IMG/VR virus record: IMGVR_UViG_3300027736_000062
Location: 1 to 53,694 of that record
Origin: a virus
Taxonomy: Duplodnaviria; Caudoviricetes
Length of the DNA stretch: 53,694 nt
Strand: one strand, 5' to 3'
The notes under the pieces were generated by a model that saw nothing but the letters and a program-made list of their open reading frames with translations, made no database searches and was not told where the DNA came from. Position numbers and translations under genes: made by a program. Each line of letters begins with the position of its first letter. Within the stretch, counting starts at the first letter, position 1. Shown one piece after another: positions 8,997 through 18,442 of the stretch.

Positions 8997-11535
8997 AGTT
9001 TTCTCCTTGGGTTGGTACAGCCTTGCTTTGCTCGAAATTGAGCTTTGCCGCATCGCGTGTTAGGCGGGCTGTTTCGATGCGTTCTTTCATCTCTTGGTCG
9101 CTGGTTGCGATGGCCAACTTCATTTGCAAGTCTTCCATTGCTTCCTGCTGGTCCTGTTGCAGTTTGGCCATGTCCATTTCGATCTTGGCGGCCAAAGCTT
9201 TGTCCTTGAGGCCCATCTCTGCCTCGTCGCGTTTGGCGCGGCGCTGGGTCTCGGCCATGCTGGTGTCCAGCAGCACCTTGGTGTCTGGCGTCATCTGTGG
9301 CTGCGGCTTGAACTGCTGGAGACCCTGCACCAATTGCTGGATCACAGGCATGATGCCCTTGAGCGTTTGGTCCGCATCCAGCTCGACGTGCTGCGAAGCC
9401 AAGGCAAACAGTTTGTCCACCGCCTTGGGGTCTTTTTGCAAGTCGTAGTCCTCGAGCTTCTCGCCCATGGCCTTCTGGACGTAACCCGTCATGCGGTTCA
9501 AGTACCACAAAACAATGTGCTGCTTGATGTGCTCGACCGACTTGGGCAGGTAGGCTGGCGCAATGATGGGGTTGCCACCAAAGATCGGACTCTTTGCAAA
9601 GTCCAAGTGCGCTTGAATGTGGCCAAGGTGGTCCTGCTCGGGGTAGGCGTAGGCGGCTTGGCCAATTGCCATGGCCACGTTCTCGTTGGCCGCGTCCATC
9701 TTGACTGGCGCTGGAACGTCAACCATGATTTCGTTGATGCCGGGCACTTTGATCTGCTTTAGGAAGCGCTGAATCACCACTTTCTTGTTAAACAGCTCAG
9801 GATTTTTGTCCATGATGGCCATGACCGCTTGGGTCTGTGCCATTCGCTGGGTTTCGCTGAAAATGTGCGGGTCGGAGACCGGAATCACGTCGGTAACGCG
9901 GGCAAAGTCCTCGCGCTTGACCTCCAGATCCTCCACAACCTCGCCGCGCTGCATGTCATCCAAGTACCAACGGTTGATTCGGCTCAAAACCTTGAGCACA
10001 CGGCCCTGAGACTCGTGCAAACGGGCGTGAATGGAGCTGAATACGGCCGCACCCTGCTCAATCAGCGCCTGAGTCGTGCCAACCGGGGTGTTGGAGTTGA
10101 CGTCAGCAATTTTTTCCTCTGCGGTGGTCACCACGCCTTTGGCGGCGTTGGTCAACCAGCCCAAAAGCTCGAAAAGCACAGGCGATGGTGGGTTAAACGG
10201 CATGGGCATGGCCATTTTGCGCACGTCATCCACGCCGGGAGCGCCTTCGATCTCCACAACTTGCGTGACTTCAATTTCTTGGGACTGGCCAGAGATCTTG
10301 CCGCCCTTGAGCTTCAGGAGCGTCGCAGCGTTGTTGATGTGGGCAGAGTCCAACAGAGCACGCAAAGCGCCTGTAAGGGCCGCCGAGAGGCCGCCAATGA
10401 GCTGTGGCAGGCCAACTGCGTATGCACCGCGCCATGGAATGAATTTGAACTCAATCACCCAGTCCAATTTGGTGTAGGTGTCGTCGCCTTCTTCCCAGTT
10501 TCGGTACAGGCCGATCACCTCGGTCGACAGATCGTCGATCATCAGGATGTACGGGGCCATCTCGCCTTTGGTTTCGGGGTCGTCTTCCAGCTCCAGCCAT
10601 GTGTAGATGTGGTAGACCCGGCGCACGGCATCTTCGTTGTCGTTTTGCGACTTTCCTTCGACCTTGTTCGTGGCTTTTTGTGCCCCGGTCATCTCTGGGT
10701 CCATCGTTGCGCGGGTCATTGAGGTCTCGCGGTACAGGCCAGACTGCACGCGGCGCTTGTAATCCCAGTCGGAGATGTCGTCCACCTCGGTAAAGCGCTC
10801 GGCCGTGTAGAAGTTGCCTGATGCGTAGGGCAAAAGCACGTTGTCGATGGGCAAAAACTGGGCACAAGGGCGGCGTTTCTTCTCGTCGTACCAGAGCTTC
10901 ATGTATTGCGAGCCACCAAGCGGGAGCTGCGTCAGCATTTGCTCTTGCTCGTCGCGGAATTCCTCGATCTGCTCGGTCAATTGCCAGTTCATGTAGTCGC
11001 GTTTGCGCTCTGCAATGCTGGTTTTCTCTTCGGTGACGTCGCCCAAGATCTTGGTTTTGGTCGGGCCGTCAGGCGGGAACATCTCTTTGATGGCGCGGGC
11101 TGCAAAATCGATGCAGGTCTCGGCCATTACGGGGTGAACTACCTTGGATGCACCGTTGAAGTTGGCTCCGCCGGGCGCGTCATTGCCCATACCCGTGCGC
11201 TTGATGCCCTCTTCGTACTGCTTGTCGCGCTGCTTGCGTGCGTCCTTGTCCTTCTCGACCAGCTCGATGTACCGCAGGGCCATGGCGCTCAGGTCGTAGT
11301 CCTGAATCAGGTCGCTGTCAGCCAAGTTTTGGTAGAAGTCCTCGTCCTCCATCGGCCCCTTGGTGTCCATGGTGACCACCACGCTCCCGTCAGGCAGCTC
11401 TTCCAGCTCAGAGTTGGCTAGGTCAGGCATGTCAACAACCTGCGCCTCCTCTTCGCCCCCAGCTTCAGTGTCTTGGTCAGGGTTGCCGCCAACAAAGCGG
11501 TTAAATTCTGGGTCTATTGGGAATTGGGTTGCCAT
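8983..11535 (-). CDS. Portal protein (P22-like, long C-terminal barrel)
   Basis: 850 aa; VVHPVMAE, FPPDGP, PVGTT.AL.EQ, PVSDP motifs; Gln-rich coiled-coil tail. Confidence 0.88.
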   Translation of the reverse strand: MATQFPIDPEFNRFVGGNPDQDTEAGGEEEAQVVDMPDLANSELEELPDGSVVVTMDTKGPMEDEDFYQNLADSDLIQDYDLSAMALRYIELVEKDKDARKQRDKQYEEGIKRTGMGNDAPGGANFNGASKVVHPVMAETCIDFAARAIKEMFPPDGPTKTKILGDVTEEKTSIAERKRDYMNWQLTEQIEEFRDEQEQMLTQLPLGGSQYMKLWYDEKKRRPCAQFLPIDNVLLPYASGNFYTAERFTEVDDISDWDYKRRVQSGLYRETSMTRATMDPEMTGAQKATNKVEGKSQNDNEDAVRRVYHIYTWLELEDDPETKGEMAPYILMIDDLSTEVIGLYRNWEEGDDTYTKLDWVIEFKFIPWRGAYAVGLPQLIGGLSAALTGALRALLDSAHINNAATLLKLKGGKISGQSQEIEVTQVVEIEGAPGVDDVRKMAMPMPFNPPSPVLFELLGWLTNAAKGVVTTAEEKIADVNSNTPVGTTQALIEQGAAVFSSIHARLHESQGRVLKVLSRINRWYLDDMQRGEVVEDLEVKREDFARVTDVIPVSDPHIFSETQRMAQTQAVMAIMDKNPELFNKKVVIQRFLKQIKVPGINEIMVDVPAPVKMDAANENVAMAIGQAAYAYPEQDHLGHIQAHLDFAKSPIFGGNPIIAPAYLPKSVEHIKQHIVLWYLNRMTGYVQKAMGEKLEDYDLQKDPKAVDKLFALASQHVELDADQTLKGIMPVIQQLVQGLQQFKPQPQMTPDTKVLLDTSMAETQRRAKRDEAEMGLKDKALAAKIEMDMAKLQQDQQEAMEDLQMKLAIATSDQEMKERIETARLTRDAAKLNFEQSKAVPTQGENYGNE

Positions 11536-11558
11536 GGGTTATTTCCTTGTGCTATGAT
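11529..11558 (+). promoter_or_regulatory. sigma70-type promoter for the antisense small gene
   Basis: TTGCCA (11529-34), 18-nt spacer, extended -10 TGc-TATGAT (11550-58). Confidence 0.55.
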
Positions 11559-11590
11559 TTAAGTTCACATTACACGCATGGAGAGTGCAG

Positions 11591-11800
11591 ATGGATAAAT
11601 ACGATCAAGCAATTGAGTTTCTGAAGGGTGTGGACCCCGGTAGTTACTTTGACGAATGTGCAGAGCTGATGGAGGAGCTTCTGGCTCAGGCTGAGGCACG
11701 CAAGCCCAAGCCTGCGCGGTTCTCGACAGAAGAGCAAGCGTGGCTAAAGCAGTCAAGTGCTGGCGCTCGGTACTACGCAAAGGCTCGTGGGATTCTGTAA
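11591..11800 (+). CDS. 69-aa protein encoded antisense to the late operon
   Basis: GGAGAG SD; fills the intergenic gap; stop abuts the stop of the large upstream gene. Confidence 0.7.
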   Translation: MDKYDQAIEFLKGVDPGSYFDECAELMEELLAQAEARKPKPARFSTEEQAWLKQSSAGARYYAKARGIL

Positions 11801-14800
11801 TCATCGCTCGTCCGCCGCCATGGCGTTGATGTTGTAGCCAAGTGCAGCAAGTGCAGCGGCGGGCGTCATGCCTTGGCGGATCAAAGCCACGGCCTTTGGC
11901 CAATCAGCCTCACTGAAGAACCTGCGGGTCTCTTGGATGTCGCCGCGTGTGCCACCCATCTTGGAGTCGCGCAGGGCCTTCGCTCGAATTGCTGAACGCA
12001 CATTTTCAGACTCACCAAGGTTCTGTGACACGGTGGGGGGCAGGTCCGCGAATGCGTTGAGCATGTCGGTGGTTGCCTCACCACTGTAGGGCGCGGTGGA
12101 CAGCGGGCCTTCGGGGCTGCGCTTACCAACACCGGGGACATACCCCATGGTACTCAAGCTCTTCTCTTGCGACGACGGGAAGATCTCCTCCAGCCCCTTG
12201 CTGCTCTTGCGCATCGCCTTTGACGCATCCTTGGGGTTCATAGTGGCGTCGTATGGGAACATCACAGCACCACGGTTGCTTGCCGTCACGCCAAAGCCTT
12301 GAGGGCCTACTAGCTCATTCATCTTGGCCAACTGCTCAGACGTAGGCAGCATGCCTGCGCTTGGGTCGCTCAGTGCTTCTGGGTTGAGGTCACGAGTGTC
12401 AAGCACCATTGAGTTCTTGCCCTTGGTGCTTTTCATGGTGTTGGGCAGGTTGTACGCGCCAGCCTCCTGCGCATCCATTAGGGCGCGAAACTGCTCGGCT
12501 GCGTCCATCATCCTGCGTGAGTCTGGAGCCATCAAGCCGCCACCACCCGTTGGGAAGTCCATCAAGGGGCGAGAAATTGTCATGGGGTTGGTCTCAGTAC
12601 CACCAAGGCTGTTTTGGTAATACCCCTCTGCTTGGCGCGTTGGGAGCTGGCGGTAACCTAGCGCACTGTAAATGGCGTCGCGGTTGCCTGCGCCCACCTC
12701 TGGGAATTCGTTTAGTGCAGCCTCGGGCGCAGGCATGTCAAAACGACCTTCGAGGCTGTAGGCAAGCTTCTCTTCGGGCGTCATGTTCAGGGCTTGTGGG
12801 ACGTGGTTCAAACGCGCCCCGGGGATCTGCTCCGCCGTGGACGACGCCGCGTGCTTGTACATGTAGTCGCGGGCGGTGTTGTTGGCGTCTTGCAGGGACA
12901 TCTTGATGCCCTCTAGCTCGTCGCCTTTGTACTGGCCTTTCTTGCCCCTGCTATACAGGTCCTGCGCCTTGCCATAGACCCATGGAACTTCTTGAATGTG
13001 CGGGCCTTGCCAGTCCGTGCGGCCACCAGTGCCTGCGGTGTTGGCGCGGTCCACTTGCAGCGCGGTCTCGGCGTCCATGAACGGGTGCATGGTGTCTGAC
13101 ACGCCAGCCTTCCACGGGTTGCCCTGTGGGTCGGTGTAGCCCATGCCTTGGGCACGGCGGAAGTCGTTCACACCGAACAGGCCTTCGTTGGGAATGCGTG
13201 GGTCGTTCTTGTTGGCGTATTCGCCGATCTTGAAGCCCATGTTGGCTGGGCGATCTTCGGCCACGGCGCTGTCAAGATTGCGCATGCCAGCACCACGGTA
13301 AGCCATCTGGGGGTCACCAGCGTTGCGGCTATTCAGGTGCTTGAGCGCAAAGGTCAACTCTGACTCAGGGCTTACGCCTGCGGAGTAGACGCCATGCTGC
13401 TCAAGCGTGCGGGGTAACTGGTAAGGCTCGCTGCTCTCGGCGATGCCCTGCTTGGCTCGGTCGTACCATGTGCCAAGGCGCTCAGGGTCTGCAAGTCGCA
13501 CGGCCTCGACAGAGTCAGCGAAGTCGGTGTCCATGGCGCGGCGCATAGCACCAAGGCCTTGGCCACTTGTCACCGTGCGGGGTGCGCCGATGTAGCCTTC
13601 TGCTGTGGGCTTGAGGTGCTTGCCTGCTCGGGCTGCTTTGAGCACTGCCTCGTCGCCTTGGTCTTCGGCCATCTTGCGGTAGACGTCAGGGGGCACAGCC
13701 ACGCGCTTGCCCGTTGACTTGGCTGGCTTGGCTGCTTGGTCCTCGGGGCTTTGGCTTGCGCTTTCCTTGGCGGCCTTCTCGACCTTCTTCTGGCGCACGG
13801 CCTCTTGCTCTTGCTTCTGGCCAAACTTGTCGATCACGGCCCGCTCTTCAGGCGTGCGGACCACGATAGGCTCAACGCCCTTGGGCGCTTTGCCCATGAG
13901 CTTCTCGAGGCCTTCCTTAACGATGTTCTTGACCTTGCCACCCTTGGCCATCTCGACGTCGCCCTTGATGGCTGACTCGGGCAGGATCATCTCGCCGATC
14001 TCACCACGCACGCGGTAGCCGGGTTCGTAGGGTGTGCGCTTGGCCTTGCCCGTCTCAGGGTCGATGATCTTCTTGCTGTTCCATGGCTCGCCTTCCCACA
14101 TGAGCTGGTTGCCATGACGTGATCGCTCGATGACCTCATAGGGCGCTCTGTTCTTCTTGGCGCTGTCCTCGGTGAACACTCGCTGGCCCTTGTCGTATTT
14201 GTAATCGAAGGCGTCCATCTGCTTCTTGGCTTCAGTGGCGCGGCGTCGCACCTCGTCGCCTAGCGATGTGTGGAAGTCTTGCAGGTTCGTCAGGTCCTTG
14301 GCTGCGGTGACTGGGGCCTTCATGCCAGCGGCCTCGGCTGCGCTCTCAATTGCATTTTTGGCCATGCGCTTGATTGCGCCACCACCTGCGTACTTGTAGT
14401 CCTTCTTGTTGCCATACTGAGGCTTGCGTGCCAATACCAGCGGGCCGATCTGGATGGCCTCTTCGGCTGCCGTGATGGGCTTCATGCTGCGGCGGTCGTA
14501 GAAGTAGCCATGGCGCTCTGGGTCCATACCGACCTGTGCCCACTCTGGGTGGTCGAGGTACTCTTGAGCGCGGGCCATTGCGGTCGCCTCATCCATCGGG
14601 TTCCAGTTGCCCTTGATGGTGGCGATCGTGCCCTTGGGCTTGCCTGCTGCAATGCTGAGGGCTGCCTTCTCGGACATGCCGAACGTGGGGTTCATCACGC
14701 CAGCGACGCTTTCATATCCAACGCGGTCGCCAGCTCCGAAGCCAGCGGCTTGGCGGTGAACTGCTGGAACCCACACGCCATGATCGCTGTAGGCAGGGAT

Positions 14801-15727
14801 GTCAAGGCGCAGGCCCACTGGGTCACCAGCTTCGAGAATGCCCGAGGGTGTGCCGTACAAGTCGCGCTTGTCTGCCGTCAGTGCGTTGACTGCGTCATCT
14901 CTGCTGGCAGGCTTGGGCACAAACTCGTAGGGCTTGACGGGCTTGTATTTCTTGACGAGCTTCTCGTATTCGGCGCGGGTCATCTCGTCGCCCTGAATCT
15001 TTTGTGCGCCCTCTTGCAGCTCGGGCACGCGCTTGGTCACGTCCTTGAAGTGCATGTTGATGCGGTCGACCATGGGCTTCAAGCCATCGACCACGCCCTC
15101 GACTGCGTCCTTCACAGCCTTCTTGACTGCGCCGCCCTTGGCGTAGGCTGGGCCTTCAATGATATGGCCACCGTCGGCCATGTCAGGCACGGTGCTGAAC
15201 ACCTCACCACCAGAGGCAAACTTCTGCACCTTGCCGTGCCAGACGTGCTCACGGCCCCTGTGAGAGGATGGAACGCCACCACCAGCCATGGCCCACTCTT
15301 TGAGGGACTGGCTCTTCTTGGGAACCGAATCGGTTTCGATTAGCTTTAGCTTCGGTAAGTCAATGGTCTTGAGTTTCTTGAGCATGTTCTTGCCTGCCTT
15401 AAATGTGCTGTAGCCGCCGGGGATCAGGCCTGCTGCCGCGCCAGCGGTCTCGGCGGCTGCGTCAATGTAGTCACCGCGCTTGACCGAATCGCCTGCGTGG
15501 CCAAGGTCGCGAGCGCCTTCCTCAAGTCCCATGGTGGTCCCGACGAACGGCACGAAGTCAGCAATGCCCATACCCATGGGCAGGTTGCTGCTGTCGCCGC
15601 CTGTGATGGTCTGTGCGTGCTTGCGGGCTTTGTAGCGGTTGACACCTAAGCCCTCCATGCCGCCTTGGAGTGCTGAGGCCATACGCTCTCGTATGGTTGG
15701 GTCGTATGCCCGCATTTCGTCAGCCAT
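11801..15727 (-). CDS. Large multidomain (polyvalent) protein with GG-motif linkers and a HhH-glycosylase-like domain
   Basis: About 1308 aa between terL and portal; segments delimited by MAGGG/FASGG/MADGG/YAKGG/YAGGG/MAKGG. Confidence 0.8.
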   Translation of the reverse strand: MADEMRAYDPTIRERMASALQGGMEGLGVNRYKARKHAQTITGGDSSNLPMGMGIADFVPFVGTTMGLEEGARDLGHAGDSVKRGDYIDAAAETAGAAAGLIPGGYSTFKAGKNMLKKLKTIDLPKLKLIETDSVPKKSQSLKEWAMAGGGVPSSHRGREHVWHGKVQKFASGGEVFSTVPDMADGGHIIEGPAYAKGGAVKKAVKDAVEGVVDGLKPMVDRINMHFKDVTKRVPELQEGAQKIQGDEMTRAEYEKLVKKYKPVKPYEFVPKPASRDDAVNALTADKRDLYGTPSGILEAGDPVGLRLDIPAYSDHGVWVPAVHRQAAGFGAGDRVGYESVAGVMNPTFGMSEKAALSIAAGKPKGTIATIKGNWNPMDEATAMARAQEYLDHPEWAQVGMDPERHGYFYDRRSMKPITAAEEAIQIGPLVLARKPQYGNKKDYKYAGGGAIKRMAKNAIESAAEAAGMKAPVTAAKDLTNLQDFHTSLGDEVRRRATEAKKQMDAFDYKYDKGQRVFTEDSAKKNRAPYEVIERSRHGNQLMWEGEPWNSKKIIDPETGKAKRTPYEPGYRVRGEIGEMILPESAIKGDVEMAKGGKVKNIVKEGLEKLMGKAPKGVEPIVVRTPEERAVIDKFGQKQEQEAVRQKKVEKAAKESASQSPEDQAAKPAKSTGKRVAVPPDVYRKMAEDQGDEAVLKAARAGKHLKPTAEGYIGAPRTVTSGQGLGAMRRAMDTDFADSVEAVRLADPERLGTWYDRAKQGIAESSEPYQLPRTLEQHGVYSAGVSPESELTFALKHLNSRNAGDPQMAYRGAGMRNLDSAVAEDRPANMGFKIGEYANKNDPRIPNEGLFGVNDFRRAQGMGYTDPQGNPWKAGVSDTMHPFMDAETALQVDRANTAGTGGRTDWQGPHIQEVPWVYGKAQDLYSRGKKGQYKGDELEGIKMSLQDANNTARDYMYKHAASSTAEQIPGARLNHVPQALNMTPEEKLAYSLEGRFDMPAPEAALNEFPEVGAGNRDAIYSALGYRQLPTRQAEGYYQNSLGGTETNPMTISRPLMDFPTGGGGLMAPDSRRMMDAAEQFRALMDAQEAGAYNLPNTMKSTKGKNSMVLDTRDLNPEALSDPSAGMLPTSEQLAKMNELVGPQGFGVTASNRGAVMFPYDATMNPKDASKAMRKSSKGLEEIFPSSQEKSLSTMGYVPGVGKRSPEGPLSTAPYSGEATTDMLNAFADLPPTVSQNLGESENVRSAIRAKALRDSKMGGTRGDIQETRRFFSEADWPKAVALIRQGMTPAAALAALGYNINAMAADER

Positions 15728-15911
15728 GATCAGTGCCTTTCGCTTGTACCCCTGAATCATAAACGGTGGCATCTGTCAAGTCCACCCTCTGATTCAGCCA
15801 GCGCTCGAACATGTCACGCGCCCAGTCCTTGTCGACAGGCTCATTCCATGAGCTTATCAACTCAAAGCGATTGGCGCACATTTCGACGCGGGCAGTTTGG
15901 TTAGATTGCAT
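15720..15911 (-). CDS. Hypothetical protein (63 aa)
   Basis: Bridges terL and the next gene with short overlaps. Confidence 0.55.
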   Translation of the reverse strand: MQSNQTARVEMCANRFELISSWNEPVDKDWARDMFERWLNQRVDLTDATVYDSGVQAKGTDHG

Positions 15912-17319
15912 ATGGGTTCACCCTTCGTACTCGGCCAGTGTCGGCGTAATCGTCTTCGTCCCATGTGTCGTCGGGCAGCGGGTCGATGTCCAGCCAGCCA
16001 GCGTCGCGCAGGTAGCGCAGGGCTTGGGTGCAGGCGTCCACGAGGTCGTCGTGCGTGGTCTCAGGGAATGAGCAGATCTGGCTCACGAAGCCCTCGGCCC
16101 AGTCCTTGACGTAGCCCTTGCGGTTGTCGCTCTCAGGAATCCACACCCGGCCTCGGGCGATGACGTTGGACACAATGTTCAGGCGCTGGAGCTTGTCCGC
16201 CCTGCCGGGGTTGTAGGCGCGGACGGGCAGGTGGGCACGTTGCAGGTCTTGGATCAACGAGATGCCCGCCGACTTGTCCTCGATCAACAGCAGGTCAACG
16301 CGCTTGCGGTCCTTGCCCTCACCGAAGACGGTCTCGTACTCCTCGATCACCTTGGGCCTCAAGTCAGGGTACATCATGCGCTCCTGCCAGCAGTCGATGA
16401 TCATGGCCGACATGGGGCCGTCCTGCGGCTTAAACACCCCGAAAGTAATGCAAGCGGTCGGGTCGTTCTGCGCCTTCTCTGATGTGGCCACATCGTAAGA
16501 CTGCAAAATGTACTCGAACTTGGGGAAAGCACGTCCTGCGGGCCAGAGCTTGAACATGTCGCGCTTGACGATGCCGCCCTCCTCGGGGTCGATGATCTCG
16601 GCGTAGATTTCCTGCCGCCCGAGCTTCGTGCCCTCATAAGCAAGGATCTGCTTTCTGAAGTTGTCGGACAGGTTGCCAAGGTTGGCGTAGGTCGAGGCGG
16701 TGGTCACCACCACGTCGTCACCCTCGCGGCCCATCAGCTCGATGATCAGGTCCTTGGGGCGGGGCGTCGTCGTGCAAATCATGCGGGTGCGCTTGCCCAG
16801 TCGCATTCCGAACTGGATCTGCGCCCATGCCTCGTCGATATAGTCCCACGCGGCCAGCTCGTCGCACCATCCCCCATGGAACTGAGGACCCCGGAAGCGC
16901 TCAGGCTCGCTGGCCGGGATGCCCTTGATCAGCGACCCGTTGGTCAACCTCAACTCGTGCGCGGTCTTGTTGTAGTCGGCCACCAGAGACTTGGGGATGA
17001 CGGTGATCAGGCCTGAGTCACCCTCAAAGCATGTGGCTCGGACGTCAGCGCTCGTGGGGGCGGCCACCAGCCAGCGCGTGCCGGGGTTCTCATATGCCCA
17101 CCACGCGATCTGCTCGGCTGCCGTGCGGGTCTTGCCTGCTCCACGGCCAGCCAGCATGAGCCAGATGGACCACCACTCGCCCGGGGGCAGCGTCTGGTGC
17201 TTGTGCTGGGTCTTGAACCATGACATGCGCCATGCCCATGCAAGCCGATACTCGGGGCTGGCCAACGCAAGGTACTTCTGCGTCTCCGGGGCAGCCACGA
17301 TCTCGGCTATGTCACTCAT
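15901..17319 (-). CDS. terL: Terminase large subunit
   Basis: Walker A AGRGAGKT, Walker B WCDE, TTTP coupling motif, RNase H-like C-terminus (SYD..., IEDK, HDDLVD). Confidence 0.95.
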   Translation of the reverse strand: MSDIAEIVAAPETQKYLALASPEYRLAWAWRMSWFKTQHKHQTLPPGEWWSIWLMLAGRGAGKTRTAAEQIAWWAYENPGTRWLVAAPTSADVRATCFEGDSGLITVIPKSLVADYNKTAHELRLTNGSLIKGIPASEPERFRGPQFHGGWCDELAAWDYIDEAWAQIQFGMRLGKRTRMICTTTPRPKDLIIELMGREGDDVVVTTASTYANLGNLSDNFRKQILAYEGTKLGRQEIYAEIIDPEEGGIVKRDMFKLWPAGRAFPKFEYILQSYDVATSEKAQNDPTACITFGVFKPQDGPMSAMIIDCWQERMMYPDLRPKVIEEYETVFGEGKDRKRVDLLLIEDKSAGISLIQDLQRAHLPVRAYNPGRADKLQRLNIVSNVIARGRVWIPESDNRKGYVKDWAEGFVSQICSFPETTHDDLVDACTQALRYLRDAGWLDIDPLPDDTWDEDDYADTGRVRRVNPYAI

Positions 17320-17902
17320 TGGCGTCGACCTGCTTGTTCAGCTCCACGTTCATGAGCAGGGCCGCAAGGTAGGTGTCGGCCTCGGACTGGACCTCGACCT
17401 TCACCGGGTTGCCGGGGTCGCCGCCCACCGCCACTTTGTTGCCGTACTTCTTGGGGTTCCAGCAGGCCAGCAGCTTCAGGCGGTGCTCGGCGCGGTTCTT
17501 GTTCCACGCGATCGATCCAGAGTCGTAGCGCTTGTTCCCCCCCTCGTCAAACACAGCCAGCGGCTCACCGTCCATGATGGCCAGTGACTCCTCGGCCAAT
17601 GCGTCGTAGCCAGCCTCGCGTGCGTGCGCGACCCGTAGGGAAAGACTGTCGTCGCGTGCCAACCACTCGTAGACCTGAGTCCAGTGCGGCATGTGCTCGT
17701 CCCTGCATATCTGCCTCATGGTCTCGCCCTTACCTAGACGTTCGCAAATCTCTGCTGCAAGCTCTGGTGTGTGCTTGCTTGGTCTGCCTGTCTTCTTTGG
17801 GGCTGTGGAGGTCTTTGCGGGCTGCGGGGCTACCTTACCCTTAGCTTTAGGCTTTGGGGCTGCTGTAGCTCGTTTTGATGGCTTTGCGGCGGTTTCTGGC
17901 AT
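17312..17902 (-). CDS. terS: Terminase small subunit (Sf6/P22-like)
   Basis: GRPSKHTPELAAEICERL..GETMRQIC..EHMP HTH; ...PKKYG; directly upstream of terL. Confidence 0.85.
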   Translation of the reverse strand: MPETAAKPSKRATAAPKPKAKGKVAPQPAKTSTAPKKTGRPSKHTPELAAEICERLGKGETMRQICRDEHMPHWTQVYEWLARDDSLSLRVAHAREAGYDALAEESLAIMDGEPLAVFDEGGNKRYDSGSIAWNKNRAEHRLKLLACWNPKKYGNKVAVGGDPGNPVKVEVQSEADTYLAALLMNVELNKQVDANE

Positions 17903-17950
17903 GACCTTAGTCCTCGTCCGTTGATCTTGCCGTTATCGTAACCGATTCGC

Positions 17951-18175
17951 TTAATTTGCGGGTGATTCGCTGTCGTCGATCAGCTCGAGCTGCTCAGGTG
18001 CGCGGTACTGCTCGATCTTGGTCCCTGCCTTGATCTGTTCGACCAAGTCGTCCTGCGATGCGACGCGCACGGTGTACTCGCTGCTTGCAACGTGGCTCAG
18101 GGCCTGTTGGCGTAGGTTAGCTTTGACTAGGCGTGCGCCGTGGTCGTTGCGGACGATGTAAATGCGTTCTGCCAT
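17951..18175 (-). CDS. Hypothetical protein (74 aa)
   Basis: GGAGAG SD before ATG 18175; RIY.V...RLVKA....QA..HVA motif. Confidence 0.7.
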   Translation of the reverse strand: MAERIYIVRNDHGARLVKANLRQQALSHVASSEYTVRVASQDDLVEQIKAGTKIEQYRAPEQLELIDDSESPAN

Positions 18176-18350
18176 GGTGGCTCTCCGATTTGTTTGGTGG
18201 TCCCAGCCGCTTGTGCTGGTCGAAACCGATTCGGTTTCTCTTCGCTTTCGGATCGCTTGCAGTTCGCTAAATGTTGCTGGTGTGTGCATCGCAGGGTGTA
18301 TCTGCACACGGCGACCCTTTCAGCTTTCGCTTACTCGCCCCCAACCCATA

Positions 18351-18442
18351 ACCAACACGGCTACAAGCTGAACGGCAATATCGTTTGCTCGTCCATAGCC
18401 ACGATCCGTTACGTCGGGCATCCAGCTTGTATGCGTGTTGGT
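18351..18442 (-). ncRNA. Candidate structured RNA (long closing stem with two internal hairpins)
   Basis: ACCAACACG-CA-UACAAGCUG pairs with CAGCUUGUA-GC-CGUGUUGGU; intergenic. Confidence 0.55.

Noticed and set aside
9023-15343. Long plus-strand ORFs (e.g. 9829-10722, 14270-15343)
   Set aside because: Antisense shadows of GC-rich portal and polyvalent genes; no recognisable motifs
15756-15779. TTGACA...TATGAT promoter upstream of the polyvalent gene
   Set aside because: Spacer is only 12 nt, incompatible with sigma70 geometry
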